The notes below the pieces were generated by a model, which ran no database searches, was not told the DNA's origin, and saw only the letters and a program-made list of their open reading frames with translations. This document shows positions 37,278 through 51,100 of a stretch of 64,000 bases of DNA, in pieces. How positions within the stretch are numbered: position 1 is the first letter of the stretch; each line of letters starts with the position of its first letter. The translations under genes were made by a program, and so were the position numbers. The stretch spans positions 6,037,950-6,101,949 of the forward strand of contig NC_134026.1 in NCBI RefSeq assembly GCF_964204645.1, given 5' to 3'. Source of the stretch: Tubulanus polymorphus (lineage: Eukaryota > Animalia > Nemertea).

Positions 37278-40249
37278 TTTAACTAATTAAATCAAACTGT
37301 TGTATTAATCAAACTATGTTTATTGTTGTTTGCTACGGTGTCGATCAATCTCACGGGAACCTCCACATGACCTTGGCGTCCCATATTTGCCTATGTCCCT
37401 GAATTGTTTGATGGCGGTTTTTTCAAAATGGTTTAAATCCCCAAAATGTATGAAATGTACAAAAAGTCAATATTCTAGAATAACCAGAGCATCTTCCACG
37501 TTAAACATCTAGATTAGAGTGAGATAGGTAGGTAAGAATTGAAGGTTTATTTCCTCGTGTTCTTCCTTTAGGCTTTTCATCGATCGTGCCGTTTTTCACC
37601 CACAAAAGGCCCCAGGCCCCCGCCCGGCAGGCCCAGGCAGGGTCAGGCCAGCCGCACCTCCCGAGCAGCAGGCCCACCCAGTCCTATTCTGCTGGGTGGA
37701 AGTGACCTTGTATCGATAGTGATCTCCGTTGCTCTACGATCCTAGTGTAGGCAGTGGGGCAGTAGTGGTAACATCTTGGTGAAGCCGTTTTTTTAGTAAC
37801 TGGTTAGAAAAAAAAATCAGGGCCCTTCTTTTCAGTCTTACACACACGGGCCGGCTGTTTTTCTGTGATATATTGCTTAGATTTTTGAGTAGGCCTATAT
37901 TATGTACATTCCTCATTTAACGGGACGGCCAAAAATCAAGGATGTGGGCTCTAAACCATTGATTTTAGGGGAAATTAAAGGAAGTGGATATTTATGCCAA
38001 TAATGTGGCATTTTTTTAGTAAACGCTATTTTGTTGACATCTACGTAAGATAAGGCTATACAAATAAAAATGAAATCAATAAAATCCTTTTATTAGGTTT
38101 AGGGTTTCGATAGGGTAGGGTCGAGAGGGTTAGGATTAACTACCAAAAAAATAAAAAAATTATGTTGAATTGAATTCAAATGATGGGAGAAACAAAGATT
38201 AAGAAAACTACTAGAACGTTCTGCAAATCGAAAATGAAGATGCAAATTCTTTGCTGGTGGATCTGTATTCCAAGTAATGAGAAAGAAGTCGCTAGCCGTT
38301 GCTCCCAAGAGGGGGGCCCGTCGAAATCGCCAGGTACTCAGACTACCCTAAACCCACATGTTTTCAGCTAATCTCAACTGAGAATCCCATCTAAACGCAA
38401 CGCATACCTGAAATACTGAACAATGATTATGTGACAAGTGAACTATGTTTTCTATTTGATAACGTCGTGATATGATCACAATTCTACAGCTATTTACACA
38501 TTTTCTGTTATTCCTCGACAAATTTACCTTCCACGATAACGCTATATACACGCAATTGAACTAATTTGTGGATGACTCTTGTTATTCTTTGCGCGATAAC
38601 ACGAATGTTACATGATTACGATACCTTAAATCGCGTCATCCCGAAAATTATGGAATTTGAAACCGCATATCTTCCTTCCTGCTGGGTTCGGGAGATACCA
38701 GTCCCGGAGCAGCCCCAGATTCTGCGGGAAAGTCTAGGCTTACATTTCGTTTGCTATGCCTATAAATTTAGTATACGTTGTTTATTTTCAAGAAGAAAAA
38801 ATCACTAGACTATTCGTTTGCCGGATTTTGAGTCGGCATATACATCGGAACCTCGTTACAGCGAACTTCACAGGACCAGAAAACATGTTCGTTATAACCG
38901 ATAGTGAACTCGTTATATCCAGTGTGAAATTGAAAGTGAATTTTCTTACTTGGGACGAAATCCTATATTTGTTATATTCGTTGAATTGTATCCGAGTTCG
39001 ATATAACGAGGTTCCACTGTAATAAGATGGCGAACAACACGACCGGACTATTTTTTCCTGAATTCGTTAGATTGTTGCAGCAGGTGCAGAGAGACAATCG
39101 ATGATAATTAACTAATTATAGACTTGCTCATCTAGTTATCGTTAGCCTACATGCTGATTGATTAAGTCATATGGCTATAAACCTTCAGGATGATTGAGAA
39201 GACCATCTCGATCGGTCGAACATGATTTTGAGATATTTCTCGTGATTTTAATGAGGAATTTTGAAACAAAAATTGGCCGTACATAGCGAGGGCAGCCCGA
39301 GGACAGTTCTCCCCAGACATTTTGGAGTATAGTTCCATTTCAATATTATTGATATATCCAATCTGCCCTTTTCGGGTTTCTCAAGATATAAATGTAAGTG
39401 TTAAGTGTTGTTAATGATTTTGTTGATCAGTCCGGTCTCACTCTGCTTTACAAATTTGAATTTAATCTATAAATCTCTTTCCGTTACGAGTGGGAGTCGT
39501 TAAGAAATAGGATGGGCCCCGACAATGACACCATTTATTAACTAGTTGGGATGGCGTTGCGTTGCGTAAAAAATTTCCACATTCCACAACTTGGCGTGAC
39601 CCGATTTTGACATTTCACCACTCCGCTCTGAATGCCAAGTACAAGTGAGGGGGCGGCCTTATATTATACCGTGACCCTCTTTGATCGTAGATCACGTGTG
39701 TGTTCATTAGTTCGAAAATAGAGTAGGAGTGTTAAAACCCGTCTTGCGGTTGGAATATCTCGCTAACTGGGAATCCCCCATTCTAGTAGACTGATAGGTA
39801 CTGGTGCACTACTTAGAATCGGCGCTTTTTTTGTTAGCGTATAATGTCCTATTTACTGAATTAATGTTTGTACATACTTTTGGGATAGGTTCACGGCAGC
39901 GATGAATGAAAGAGATCATTGTATCCAGTTCCAGTTTTAGAAAGTGGCGTGAGTTTTTTTCCGATTTACGTCACAAGTCTTCTTTTCTTTCACGACCTGT
40001 CAATTGTCACGCGAGGTAGTTGAATTTATAGCTATTTTGAATGGTAAGTTTCTTGAATAGAAATGTACGAATTGCGGTGATGGTTTCAAAAATAGAAATT
40101 ACGTCATTAAGTTGAAGATCCTGTACAGAGCGAAAACCTTTGTTTTCGGATCTCCTAATTTGGCCTAACTTCACCGAATATGGTGTGGGGCAAAAAATGG
40201 CGCCCCGCTTTTATGATTTTTTACACATTTTTGTCGTAGACGAAATTTA

Positions 40250-40767
40250 CAGTAAACCTAGCGAAGTCGGAAAATCGCTTATATCGGATGGTTATTGATG
40301 GTCACGATTTTTCCTTCTCTTTTTCAAAGAAATTTAAATTATACACATGTATTCCAAAGTCGGATTTTGTAAGTCGAAATCTCGTATTATACCTTTCTTG
40401 GTCCCAAAATAAAAAATCAGTCAAAACCCACACACCGAAAGTCGGAGGGCTATTTTCTTCCCACTGCAGTTTGATTTTTCCCTGTTCCGACCCCTGTTTT
40501 CCTGACTTGAAATCGACGATACATGTCAACAGTCGTTATTTTAGTTGTGGTTAGTGAATTATTTGAATATAGAAATTTAACCCGAAATATTTCATTGTTT
40601 TAAAATCATTTCTTGTAGATGTTGATTTGATCTTTCCATTTACAGAAATTAATTCTCAAGTAGTTTTCGGAAAAAGGCCGGAAATCCGGCTTATTCAAAG
40701 TCAGACTTATTCTAAATCGGAGGTTTTTTCTTGGTCCACAAAGATCCGACTTGGGCAAGGTTTACTG
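40250..40767. mobile_element. Tc1/mariner-like MITE (TA TSD); related short element at 57077-57206
   Basis: TA-CAGTAAACCTAGCGAAGTCGGA ... TCCGACTTGGGCAAGGTTTACTG-TA. The same CAGTAAACCT termini with TA flanks occur at 57077-57206. Confidence 0.8.
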
Positions 40768-43700
40768 TACTTTCATATCATACGCGGAAATGATTTGAGT
40801 ATATAGCTCCGATGAACTTTGTCCTAAAGTTGATATCCGATTCTTTGAAATCAAATTTTATCTAAAAGTTTTACCGTAAACACTTAACGAACAACGCGCC
40901 GTCGACGTCAGAGAAAATCGAGATAAGAAAAAATACCATCCAGGAAGTAAGGACTCGGTTATTACGAGGGTCAGACAGGCAACGATCGCGTCTACTGAGA
41001 CTGAGGTCAACTAAGGTCTAAACCCGAGTTCGAAGAATTTCTTGCTTTTTGAATGATTTACTGACGAAATTTAGCAGACTTGAGATTTTCAACTCTCAGC
41101 TCGGGGGTAGAGTTCAACGTGCGCGCGCAACGTAACAGCCGACATTTTAGCGTAGATTTTTTTCTCACATTTGCTCTTATATACTTACGAAACGAATACA
41201 GGCGGATTGAAATACATGTATTTGAACTGAAATATCAAAGACCGGTTTACGTTGAGTTTATGCGCATGTGAGAAGAGTGACCAGGTGTACTAAATTATAT
41301 GCCTACCGTATAGACGAGCTAATGTTTGACAGGTTTATGCAGATTTGTTTTGGTTTCGGAAAATGAGATTCGAGAGGTTTAGGGTATCGTAGAAAGTCGA
41401 ACTTAGCTCAAAGTAGCCCGCAATCCGTTCCCATCATGATAACAAACTCCAGATTCAGTCTGGGACCAGGCGAACGTATACGGGTACCCTGATGAATGTA
41501 TTTGCTGGTTGCTTTTAGATGAATATTCAGATTTTGTAAATAACGATTGAGATAAAATAGTTATGGATTATAGTAAACATAGCTGATACGGGAAATGTCG
41601 TAAGGAACTTATTCTAAGTAAGCCTACATTAAAGTGTCGAGTGTTTCCAGCGAACATGGCTACACGGTTGTCGGATTATTTTGCCTTCTGTTTGCAGCGC
41701 TTGCGGCTGTTATTTCAAGGATCAGTTCTGGCGAGATTGCCGCCGAGAGGATCTGTACGTGCTCCCGTAGACATGTGAGAGGTTTCTACCATAACAAAAT
41801 CATCAATTACCCTACCTGAATCCTGACAGATGAGCTATGTAAACTCATTCGAGTTTACCTGGGATTTTTGTGCAGGTGAAACTGCCGAGGCTGTGTGCAG
41901 GAATACAATATTCCTGCGTTCACATACAACTAGGATCTATACCGCTATCTGAGTACTTAACCAGATCCGACGATTTCTGAGGCGTAACTATGGACCCGGG
42001 GCCAGTCCATGCCGACCGCGGTACCGTGGACCAGTAAAACACGTGTTGTATTGGAAGTAATCAGTGTATTTAAACTATTAGAAGTCTTTTCTTAACGACC
42101 ATACAACCTATAACATTCAGTCTTAACGAAAGTTTTACTATAAATATTATATTGTATTTCAATAGGTGGCAGATTTGCCACCCATAGTTCTTATCGAAAT
42201 AATCGTCCCGACCCAAAATGAAACTTTTGTATCACAAAATCTCCATTTTCAGCTTGAGCGTTAATGAGGTGTGCGGTAATGTGTAAGTACAAACGTATCG
42301 ATCGCACATTCTGGATCAGGCAATCAGAATCAATATTCTCTAATAGAAAATCACATATCAGGATCGATTCAAAAATTTCATATTCATTCCCGATAAAAAA
42401 TTCAGCGGTAAAAATGCTCCATGTGTTCAGTTTCTACTTCGTACACGAGAAAAGCAGGCGGCGGCGTTGGCGGTGGTGTAATCACCCTTACACACACACA
42501 CGTTCGCGTTCAGCGTCAGCCGGCTTTGTCTCCTTTGTTCTCTATATCTCCCTATACTTTTATTTACTGCAGGAATGTCCCAGAAAGCATTTCCTGCTCT
42601 AGCAAGGCGTGATATACATGCGCGTTGGTCGGTAGGATTTCCTATCACGCAGTTCGTGTAATAGAGCTTCGTTTTCTAGTGCATAAAATATATAATATGT
42701 ATAATAAAACTGTGGAACTTTCTTTGTGTGTAGGATAAATACTGGTATATAGCAAATAGTGAACAATGTTGACCGAAGAAAAATATATACTTAGAGACAG
42801 GCTGAAATTTATGCGTTTGTTTTTCACCCTCATGTCCTCAATTGTTTCCTTTTGATTACAGAACGGAAATATACATGAGAAACATATAGCGAAAGCTTTA
42901 TTCAAAGAGTATGGGTGTCATGTCGGTGTGATACAACCTTCCATTCTCGACTCTACGATTCAGTCATCTCCCCTTTTCAAAAATCATGGAATCGTTGGTT
43001 TCAAAAACAAGTTTCAGCGTCGTGAAATCGACCTGACCTATTGATGCCCGTTAGATTCTTTTCCCAGTAACTGGGTATATATAGTAGGTTTCCCGACTGC
43101 TGCTTGGTGCTAAAAAGATTTGGCTTCTGAACGTGCTCCTTTGAAGCTGTACGAGCAATCTCGTAGTTTTGAAGTAAATCCCGACTTTTTACGACAACGG
43201 ACTTGTTTGATCCTCTTTCAGCATTCAGACAAATCGACCAACATAAACTAAAGCAACTTCCATCATATACAATATCCACTCTCATTTTTAATTGCAAAAG
43301 TAATAAATATCATATAGAAAAGCAGTGTGTTTCAAAGTCTTCCATTCGGGATTATTCATAATGAAAGGCAAATAATTACAAACCACATGATTTTAGAACA
43401 TCTCTTATTAATTAATTATTTCATAATTAAATCAATCTTTCCAACTTAAATTTGGTTGACTATTAAGCACCGTAGTAAAAAAAATTCATACACATACAAT
43501 ATATATGTAGTTGAATTTCAACAAAAAATGTACACCTATTTACAAAATAAAGATTTCCTCGTATTTATAATATCTACAAAACTGAAATGAAGGCCTGCCC
43601 TATATTGTAGTTTGATTCCTCCATATATATACATACATACATAATCAAGTGATAAAACATTCAATGCTTATTCCAATTTCATTCAACATCAAACCGAGGA

Positions 43701-45296
43701 AGCGAATTTTCAATGAATTCTTTTTTTCCTAATAATATTCTAAATGCCAAGTTCCGACTGAGAAAAACGCCTTGCGCATCTGTTTTCTCATTAATTCCAG
43801 TAGTACATATATATATGTATATACTTTGAATATTGTCTGAAACGAACGTCCGTTAAAATTTGAGAACTTTTACAAACAAATAAATACACATTAACATCAA
43901 ATATACATCTGTCTGGCAGTGATAGAACACTACGTGCACTAACAATTCAACCCACACGATAATTATTACTTAAAAAAAGAAAAAAATAGTTCAGCGTCCT
44001 AAAACCAGAAATACATTTATCCAGGTAATAATTATAATATTATCATAGAAAAACATCCTTTAAAATTAGAATCTATTCTGTTTGGCATACGTGTCTACTC
44101 CGTTTTCATCATCAGTTTTTTTGTGGTTTTTACGTATATATAAAAAGAGCCAAAATCGCAATAAGAGTATAAACGCTTTTCTTCGTTCTCAGACTGAATA
44201 ATAATACAAAATGGCGACCGACCGATGCATAGTCATAGTTTCTTCTTTTTTTTTTCATAATAATATAGAATACAAATTTCGTAAGAAAGATTTCAAAATA
44301 TATATACGAAGTGGAAGCCTCAGCTGAACAGAATGCAAGGTCTGCCCGCAATAAACGTGTGTGACGAGAAAAAATACAAATACTGGCAGGCTTACACTAT
44401 ACACTTAAATTCTTTCCATCAATTGTCTCTAGATCGAAGTCTATTACAGTATAAATGCATATAAGGTGCACACAGTGACAATGTTTTTTTTTCCTTCGAA
44501 CGAATACAATCGCGCCCGCTTAATCCGAATCGGGATTTCGATCGATCGTAATCCATCCACCTATTGGCCTACGCTGAATTCATACACGAAATAGGGTCTA
44601 GATGTTCGATCTCGGGTTCCGCATGGACCGGTCCCAATTTATCGGAATCAAGCGGCGCGTATTATATGATTTAATCAAATCAAACGACGCGCACAAAAAA
44701 AAGTTCATCGGAAAATAATCAATCATCATTTTAAAATCGAAGTTTTAGATTTAGTTGCATCAAATGGAAGGTACACGTACTAACATCATATATATATATA
44801 TCATTATTATCATACTCTCAAGCTGTTCAACAGCTTTCGAAATGTCTCGCGTCAAAAAAAAGAGAGTTTTCGAATACACAAAACGAAATCTAGTTTCGTC
44901 TGCCCGTCTCATTCACTCACAATGCAATTCGGAATTCAAATTTATACACACACATATATCTTTTAAAACCTCTGCACATGTTACAAGTCTGAGCACGGAA
45001 TGTGCGAATTTTTGGTCATATCGTAATCATTATCATTGTACAACATAATGCGTTTATGGCACCGGCTAGGAAGACGATTCACTAGCGACTAACTTCACCC
45101 TTTCGTTCTGCTTCAGTCTCTTTTCCCGCATCAGTACGAATTCAACATACCTAAACGGCCCAAGAGTGTCTACTACTACACCGCTGCAACTTATGGCCGC
45201 ATCATCGACGACAACAGATCTACCCAAGCATCCGCTTTATTTAGCACATGATTTCAACGCTATCAAGACGACGAACGAGTCTCTCGCGGCGCACGC

Positions 45297-46301
45297 TCAA
45301 AACGTCAGATTCTGAGACATCATAACCTGACAGCCGCTTTTCACGTGTTCGAGAATTTGCTGTTTCAACCGGCAGACCTGTTCGCGTAAACTCGTCGCCG
45401 TCGTCGACAAGTTCTCGTTTTCGTCCTTCAAATCGTTCACTTTGTCTTCGAGACGCGAGATCCGTTCGAGTTTGCGGTGGCGACACTTGCGCGCGGCGAT
45501 GCGGTTGCGCGCGCGTTTGCGTTCGACTTTCATCACCTCCTGGTTCTCCATGTCGACGGGCGACAACGGAGGAGAATTGCATAGACTCGGAACAGTTTGC
45601 GGCTCCTCTTTGATGCGCATGATCAGCGGATTTTGCGCCGCGTTCGTCATGGAATTCGTGACGGTGGTCGTCGCGATCGGGACCGTGTCGACGAACGATT
45701 GTTGCATCGACGGCAACGACGCGACAGTGTTCAACGTTGTGTACGTAGTTTGAGGCTGAGCGAAGCCGGCGGCGGTCGCGTCGAACGAACTCGACGACAC
45801 TTGCTGTTGACTGAGCGTCGTCAGGTTATCGATCGAATCGCCGCCCTCGTGGGTTTTGTGAAGTTCTTCGAGCGCGTCGACGAAGCCTCGCGCGTACGCT
45901 TCTTGTTCTTCGGTGACGAATTTCGGGCACAGGAACTGCGTCGGAGTCGGCGTCGTCGTGATCATACCGTTCTGTTGGATGATCATACGCTCGAGTTCCG
46001 GTGACGCCAACTTCAACATGTTCAAATCGGGCGATCCCAATAATCCGGGCGTATTCGCCAGTTTCGCCTTCTTCGACTTGATCGCTGACATTCCCGAATT
46101 GAAATCGAGCGTCATCGTTCTCTTCAACTGGCGAACGGAATTCTGCGATTGGACATCGTCTCCGTACATGGTGGTCTCCATTTTAGACGTTGTTGGTTGT
46201 TGCTGCTGTGGTTTTGAGTTGGACGATGCTGCAGACACTGGATCTGACTGCTCTTGCGGGTGATAACGACGACGACCGGTTAGTAACGACAATACCGGCA
46301 T
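45297..46301 (-). CDS. JUN: AP-1 transcription factor Jun (intronless bZIP); first ATG 46301, conserved METT start ATG 46181
   Basis: SKMETT N-terminus, delta domain [12 protein letters not shown] sites [17 protein letters not shown] and [36 protein letters not shown], and b[32 protein letters not shown]...HVKSGC. Confidence 0.98.
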   Translation of the reverse strand: MPVLSLLTGRRRYHPQEQSDPVSAASSNSKPQQQQPTTSKMETTMYGDDVQSQNSVRQLKRTMTLDFNSGMSAIKSKKAKLANTPGLLGSPDLNMLKLASPELERMIIQQNGMITTTPTPTQFLCPKFVTEEQEAYARGFVDALEELHKTHEGGDSIDNLTTLSQQQVSSSSFDATAAGFAQPQTTYTTLNTVASLPSMQQSFVDTVPIATTTVTNSMTNAAQNPLIMRIKEEPQTVPSLCNSPPLSPVDMENQEVMKVERKRARNRIAARKCRHRKLERISRLEDKVNDLKDENENLSTTATSLREQVCRLKQQILEHVKSGCQVMMSQNLTF

Positions 46302-46406
46302 CCAAATGTTCAATTCGATAGTTTTATTATTGAAAACACTGAATGTTATTACTCACTGTGTAGTTGAACTTGTTTTGGCACCAGCGCCGGCTCTAGTTTA
46401 AGAGTA

Positions 46407-46911
46407 TGACTCACTTATTTTTCGGATCAGTAAGATTTTCGTGTGGCTTTCCTCACCGCGATACAAACGTGTAATGACTCAATAGTCAGTTATCACCGCA
46501 TTTATAGCGATGACTCACTTTCTATTTTTAGAATGACATCACTTCTAAGCACACTGATTGGCTACCGATGATGTCATCAGAAGCACGTGCAAATCGTGGA
46601 TTTATATCACGTGGTTTTGTTGCCGAGCGACTGGCAATCAATACGGACGACGTAAGGGATTCCGCTGACGTCAGAAGAGACGCCTCCATATATGGGGAGG
46701 GGTTTTCCGACGTCTTTGTCTAGCGTTGTTTACACGTCGTATTTCTTGTCGCATAACTCTCGATTTACAATACTATCGTAACGTCAATAGGCGAAAAGTA
46801 GACCGCTCTCCTATAAACGTAAATAGCGCCGTTGTTACCGGCCTAAGATTCGACCGGCATTTTTACAATGGAACGAACCGGGCGTCTTTGCGTGGGAGGC
46901 ATTTCCTGGAA
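46407..46911 (-). promoter_or_regulatory. jun immediate-early promoter with dense TF motif cluster
   Basis: TATAAA (minus, 46501-46506); AP-1 TGACTCA at 46407, 46475, 46511; MEF2 CTATTTTTAG 46522-46531; TGACATCA 46534-46541 and 46569-46576; CCAAT 46557-46561; E-boxes 46584 and 46608; CRE TGACGTCA 46666; CArG CCATATATGG 46686-46695; kB-like GGGGTTTTCC 46699-46708; STAT-like TTCCTGGAA 46903-46911. Confidence 0.85.
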
Positions 46912-47335
46912 TACAATTGATAGCGTGATTATATTTTATCGACCCTCTGCGTTAATTCAAAAGTACACCGAGACCTGTCAAACTTTCACCCGCCCGAACA
47001 AACAAAACACCGCTAAATAAATTAGACGAAAATAGAAATTACCCGATCATAGCAATTATCGAAAATGTGGGACTTCCACAAGTTGTTTATCGATTAACTT
47101 TAAGCGGGATATTTACTCACATAATTAGCCTAGATATAGGCCTACCACTCTCATTATTGAAGTTATATGGTTTTTTAAGTTAAATGTTTTCCCAAATTGA
47201 ATTTGATATACAGATAATTATTGAATGATATATATCTTAAACGATTCAGCTAATGTTTAATCAAAACCAATCACCTTTCAACTTCTACAATCATATATGA
47301 TATTTTCATTTTTAGAAAAATCGCACTTAATCAGA

Positions 47336-48078
47336 ATGTCTAGTTCGGCGATGGAAACCGATTCTACTTCGAGTGAATTGAGTTCATCAGATATTGCACA
47401 ACAAACCAGAAGACACGTCTCTGACTCTGATGATGAATTGCCACAGGTTTCTTTTTGAAAATTCCTTTTCACTTATTCACAACAAAAAGCCTTTTCACGC
47501 GCGCATCCATTCGGCGTTTTAACCGGCCGAAGAGAATAACAATTATTTCCAATTCATTGATATTTCTAAAGATCGACTCCAGGCTTTTTCTTTTCTATTT
47601 CTGATGCAGATATATTTAAGTGTCATTTGGCAAGGTGGAAAATTAGGAGTCGCATATTACGACGTGGACGCAGCTACTATTCATATGATGTTAGACACGC
47701 CGGAAAAAAACGATTTTCTACTATTGAAAACTGGTATATGCAGAGGCCCTATTATATAGACATATTTTTTGAACTGTCGTTTCTATATTCAAATCTAGAC
47801 CGGTTCGCGTTAGTTACTCTACATATAAGCGAAAAAAATGCTTGGCATTCTCTAATATTATGCATCAGTCGAAATGGTTGCAATTCCAAAGCTTATTACC
47901 TAACGAATAATCAAAATTGTATGAATGCTAGTTAAGGAGACCTGAGCGTTTCGTTGATTATAGAAATAACAAACAAAATACGCCTTTTAGAAAGTTAATT
48001 TCAACGTGTGAGCACAGCACAATCGAAACGAAACCTGTAAATCGATTAAAGTTGAAATGAGGATTCGATTGTATTCTT

Positions 48079-48148
<70 letters not shown>

Positions 48149-51100
48149 CCACGTCGGTCTCTACTTTTCAGTCAAACATCAAATACAGCCCTCTTGTGTA
48201 ATAACCAGCTCAAAACAGGATGATAAATTCATCACAGTTTTGCAAACACTCGGTGAGTTGACCTGTAATAAAACAACGATCCGCGTGATCTATATTGAGA
48301 CATTTTGCGGGGTTTATTTGTCAACATTTGTATTTGTCTGATTCATGTACAGTAAAAGTCCTTTATAATGCCGATGTAAGGACGAAAAACAAAAACAAAA
48401 TATGATGTTTTCAATTAATTTGATATAGATTGAGCAAATCTGTTCACTGAAAAATGTTAGCGTGAACAATGGTATTGAAAAGGATGGCAGCTTTACAACG
48501 GACTTCGACTGTAGGGCAAATTGCGTACTGCTTAAAAATCACGGGAATGTCCTTGTGTTAATAGCGCGATGCAGAAAACTTGTCAAACCTGTACGGTAGA
48601 ATTTAATGCTCCCAGCTATTGATAGCAACGCTAGATGGTTGACGTATGTTAAAATTGATCATTTCTGTCAGATCAAAAACAATCTAGTTTTCTCTGCGCC
48701 AGCGGCGATTTGTTTTTCGAAATCACATTTTTTTCAATAATCTAGCCGAGAGTAATGATGTAATGATCTATTTTTGCGAGCGAATAAAATTACTTCCCGA
48801 TGACCGCATTGAAAACCAACCAAAATTTGTCAATGTGGCAAAGGCAAAAACAACCCATTCCTGTGGGGGTTTTTCTATATAATAGTGTACACATTTCTTA
48901 GCCATTTTCACCAAGTCTCTAACATAGTTTCAATTAAACGAATGTTGCTGTCTTTTTTTTTGTTTCAGCGCAAGATAGCTATGATAATGAAAATTCGGAG
49001 GAAAACTTACGATTTTCAAACGGATTCATACAATTGCTGCCAAGTTTAGAATTCAGTAAGGATTATTTTTGGAGTACTTGAAACTCTTAGAACACTGTTA
49101 AGCGGCGAACATGCCCGTTTTTGCATTCGTAACGAATATCACTTAATATGGTTTTTAGATCTTTGAAAATTCTTATCATTACAATACTTTGAAAATGTTA
49201 GATTTCTAATTTTTGCGGGCATAGGACACGAAATTGGAAAGAGCGTTAACACAACTGCAAAATCCAACAGCTTCATTTCTGGATGAAGTCCAATTTTTCC
49301 ACCTTAGCAAGAATAAAAGCAAATGTGTCACAGCTTCAATAATCTGACAGTTCTTATTTGTTTGAATTGATGTTTTTCAATAATGTACCGTTATTTTTGG
49401 GGTTTTGTTTACTGTTTACAGATCAAGATGTTTGTAAGCGGCGTCTGCTGGCTATCGATTTACCCAGTATTCCTGAACACTATACAGAAACAGAACGCAC
49501 GATACACGTGTCTAGTTTAGTGCCATTTGACAACGTCAATATGGTTAGTACGACACAAAAACAACATAGATAGCAAATAATCGATTAAACAATATATCTG
49601 AAAAATTGATTTTCAATTTTTACATTTATTCATTTATTTGATGTGCGTGTGTAACAGGTGCTGCCCGATACGTATTTCAAGTTTATTTGTTGCCAGAAGC
49701 AGCTTTTAACAAAGAGGATCAAATTTTGTCAAATTGATTCGAAATTCAAACCTTTTTTTGTGATTCTGAACCCTTACCATAAGTAATGATGATTAACAAA
49801 CAATAAACTTTGAAAAGTACAAATTACAATAAATGTTACTCTTAAATACAGTTAATCAACTCAGACCTTGGTCAACTGCTTAGAATTATGAATACTGGCG
49901 ATTCTTTATTTCTATATAGCTTAATGTTCTTGCTAAAAATCTCGAAGCTGGGCAAACTGTATTTAGAATCATTGTTAATTTCATTATGGTAATGTGATCT
50001 TTTTTGTTCTCGTGACAATTCATGTAAATAATAGACCTGCATTGCTTAACAATGATTTCAATTTTTTGTTGCTGGTTTTTTCCTGGTTTTCACAACATGG
50101 AAAGTCCATATTCGGATCTATTTGCACTTGCAGGTTCGAGCCACAGGTGCGTTGTTGAAGTTTCTGGAAAAGAATCGAATTGGAGTCGAATTAGAAGACG
50201 CTGAAGTGAGAGTTCCTATAATAGCGTTAAAAGTCTTCTCACTGTAAGTCTAAATGGTCCTTTTGGAAGAAACAAAGTTAATGTTTTCAATTTATACATG
50301 TTTGTTTTTTCATGGTCATTTTCAGGGGTGATTTGATGATTGTTGATGAGAACACATTCAGGTAATTTATCACTCCTCTGCATATCGGATACGTGTAGTT
50401 TCTCTGATTTCCTGATGAGGGCAGCACCTCTTATATCGTTTCTTTTGAATTAATTTCAGTGCTTTACAGATATTTAACAGGGAAACTCATCCATCAGTAT
50501 ATAAAAGTGGCTCTTGCGGAAATTCTGGTGCCAAAGAAGGACTCAGTCTTTATGGTAGGCCTATAGCTACGTCAGTATTGCTTCTTTTCTTTTTCTTCCG
50601 TAGGAAATTTGATCCAGGGACTGATATATATTTTTTCTTCATTCTAGGAGTTATGAATAGATGTCGATCTGCTATTGGCAGTCGGTTATTGAGGTAATTC
50701 CAAATGAAAATGGCGAAGTTTCTAAAAGTTTCTACTTATGGATGAAATTTCGAAAGATCTTCATGCGACTTATGATAGATAAATTCTAGGTTTTCAATTT
50801 TAGATTCTATGCTACAATTCTTCTATGTATTTATGAAACTGGAATTACAGATTATGGTTCATGCGACCGCTGAAGAACAGTCAGATTCTCAAACAGCGGC
50901 ACAGTGCAATAACATTCTTTTTGAACCCGCGCAATGCAGAAGTTATTGCGTCAATGCAGTCTTGCCTCAAAAACATTAAAAATATTCCAGTAAGTTCTCA
51001 ATGAACCAGATCATAGAGACTTGTTTCATTTTTATAAACCTCTGATATTAGAGTCACTTGCACCTTTTTGTAGTTAATGGCAAATGAAATCTATGATTTC

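Noticed and set aside
41634-41960. Coding-like GC-rich patch with Cys-containing frames
   Set aside because: All frames are short and no phase-consistent exon chain or family motif could be assembled.
45241-46263. Several 100-135 aa ORFs overlapping jun
   Set aside because: Shadow frames of the GC-rich jun CDS.
50411-50445. CCTGATGAGGGC hammerhead-like start
   Set aside because: No stem II closure or GAAA downstream.
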